NCBI GenBank assembly: GCA_020632555.1
Contig: JACKFI010000003.1
Coordinates: 4,351 to 68,350 of the forward strand
Direction of reading: 5' to 3'
Length of the DNA stretch: 64,000 nucleotides
Origin: Candidatus Omnitrophota bacterium
GTDB lineage: Bacteria; Omnitrophota; Gorgyraeia; Zapsychrales; JANLHA01
Shown one piece after another: positions 63,172 to 64,000 of this stretch. The notes under the pieces were generated by a model. It made no database searches, had not been told where the DNA came from, and saw only the letters and a list, made by a program, of their open reading frames with translations. Each line of letters starts with the position of its first letter. Within the stretch, counting starts at the first letter, position 1. The translations under genes were made by a program, and so were the position numbers.

Positions 63172-64000
63172 ATGGAGAACAATATGTCTATTGCAGGATT
63201 AGAAGAAATAAAGAATATCGTTGGTGCTGAGTTTATGGTGACCGATCCACAGCAACTTGCTTTGATGTCCAAAGATATTATTCCTTACACGCAACAGGCC
63301 AGTGCATTTGTTTGGCCCAAATCCGTTGAAGAAATTCAGGCCATATTAAAAGTAGCCAATCAACAGAAGCTTGCTATTTGGACGTGCAGTCGGGGAAAGA
63401 ATTGGGGCTACGGCGGAGCAAGTCCGTCGCAGGCTGGTGAGGTTGTTTTGATTTTGGACCGGATGAATCAGGTTTTGGAAGTGAATGAAGAATTGGCTTA
63501 TGCGGTCGTTGAACCGGGCGTGAGTTTTCGGCAATTGCATGAATATATCAAAAGCCGTAATATTCCATTGTGGTTGGATTGCACCGACGGTCCGGCTGAT
63601 GCTAGTGTGATTGGTAATTCGGTGGAACGAGGTATCGGCGAAACCAATTATGGCGATCATTTTGGTAATGTGTGTGGTTTGGAAGTGATTTTGCCCACCG
63701 GTGAATTGGTGCGTACTGGCGGCGGGCCGATGAAAAATTATGCGTCGTGGAATACGTACAAATGGGGAGTGGGGCCGTATCTGGAAGGACTATTTACACA
63801 GTCGAATTTTGGCATTGTCACCAAAATGGGCGTGTGGCTGATGCCGCAGCCAGAGTGCTGCGAAACGGTTTTCTTTGAAGCGAAAAGTGAAGACGTTTTT
63901 CCAGCGGTTATTGACGAAATTCGCAAACTGCAATTGAGTGGGACATTGATTAGTAAAATACATATGATTAATAAAACGGTTCAATTGTCTATTTTAGGGC
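63172..64000 (+). CDS. FAD-linked oxidoreductase of the VAO/PCMH (FAD_binding_4) family; the 3' end lies outside the window
   Basis: Not in the ORF track because there is no stop codon before the window end. The ATG at 63172 follows GAGGAG. My own translation gives MENNMSIAGLEEIKNIVG...WTCSRGKNWGYGGA...VVEPGVSF...GNSVERGIGETNYG...GIVTKMGVWLMP with no stop to position 64000. Confidence 0.75.
   Translation, partial: MENNMSIAGLEEIKNIVGAEFMVTDPQQLALMSKDIIPYTQQASAFVWPKSVEEIQAILKVANQQKLAIWTCSRGKNWGYGGASPSQAGEVVLILDRMNQVLEVNEELAYAVVEPGVSFRQLHEYIKSRNIPLWLDCTDGPADASVIGNSVERGIGETNYGDHFGNVCGLEVILPTGELVRTGGGPMKNYASWNTYKWGVGPYLEGLFTQSNFGIVTKMGVWLMPQPECCETVFFEAKSEDVFPAVIDEIRKLQLSGTLISKIHMINKTVQLSILG

Noticed and set aside
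63172-64000. Interpreting the flavoenzyme as alkyl-DHAP synthase, which would complete a eukaryote-type ether-lipid pathway with the reductase and acyltransferase
   Set aside because: The 'SRGKNWGYGGA' block resembles the VAO / p-cresol methylhydroxylase subgroup more than what I recall of AGPS. The gene is also truncated by the window end. The idea is kept only as a generic lipid-cluster hypothesis.

Overview
A 64-kb bacterial chromosomal segment. It looks low in GC (roughly 40-45% by eye, not computed). It is almost entirely co-directional: about 55 supported genes lie on the + strand and only one (a Spy/CpxP-like gene) on the - strand. No rRNA, tRNA, CRISPR array, transposase or integrase was recognised.

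Content in order:
- 1-8.6 kb: envelope and exported-protein genes. These are GT-C-like membrane proteins, a CPBP protease-TPR fusion, a short stand-alone secretin, a Cys-less DsbA-like protein, a TPR membrane protein, an exported archaemetzincin-like protease and a Spy/CpxP-like gene.
- 8.7-14.7 kb: an AddA/AddB-type helicase-nuclease pair.
- 14.7-30.5 kb: housekeeping genes yggS, proC, mtnP, ileS, dksA-like, lspA, lgt, rluD-like and aroA, then the rod-shape operon mreBCD-mrdA-rodA.
- 30.6-48.8 kb: a large type IVa pilus locus. It is preceded by a HAMP-GAF-degenerate-GGDEF protein and a stand-alone MshEN domain. It continues with two tandem PilB/GspE ATPases, PilC, a long periplasmic coiled-coil protein and an ankyrin-repeat gene that looks inserted. 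Next come a sigma70-type promoter, a c-di-GMP-I (GEMM-I) riboswitch and a terminator upstream of pilA, then minor pilins, a PilX-N-domain giant protein and pilMNOPQ.
- 48.9-58 kb: rng, a roughly 500-bp GC-rich tandem-repeat and hairpin region, rplU, obg, a small inserted membrane-protein gene, proBA, nadD, a PGM/PMM-family gene and plsC.
- 58-64 kb: a lipid-type cluster. It holds an acyl-AMP/CoA ligase fused to an ABC1/UbiB kinase domain, a thioester/acyl-CoA reductase-type SDR and a VAO/PCMH-type flavoenzyme that is cut by the window end.

The features that ordinary gene annotation does not explain are listed here:
1. A hairpin element family with a conserved 37-nt core and covarying arms, present in 3 copies.
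2. A second dispersed palindromic repeat family (GTCWTTGCGAG...CGACGAAGCAATCTT).
3. Three local duplications: 65-bp and 80-bp direct repeats, each bracketing a single inserted gene, and a 140-bp tandem repeat.
4. A multi-layer c-di-GMP signature around the pilus genes.

Taxonomy cannot be established from the sequence alone. All homology statements come from motif recognition by eye, not from database searches.
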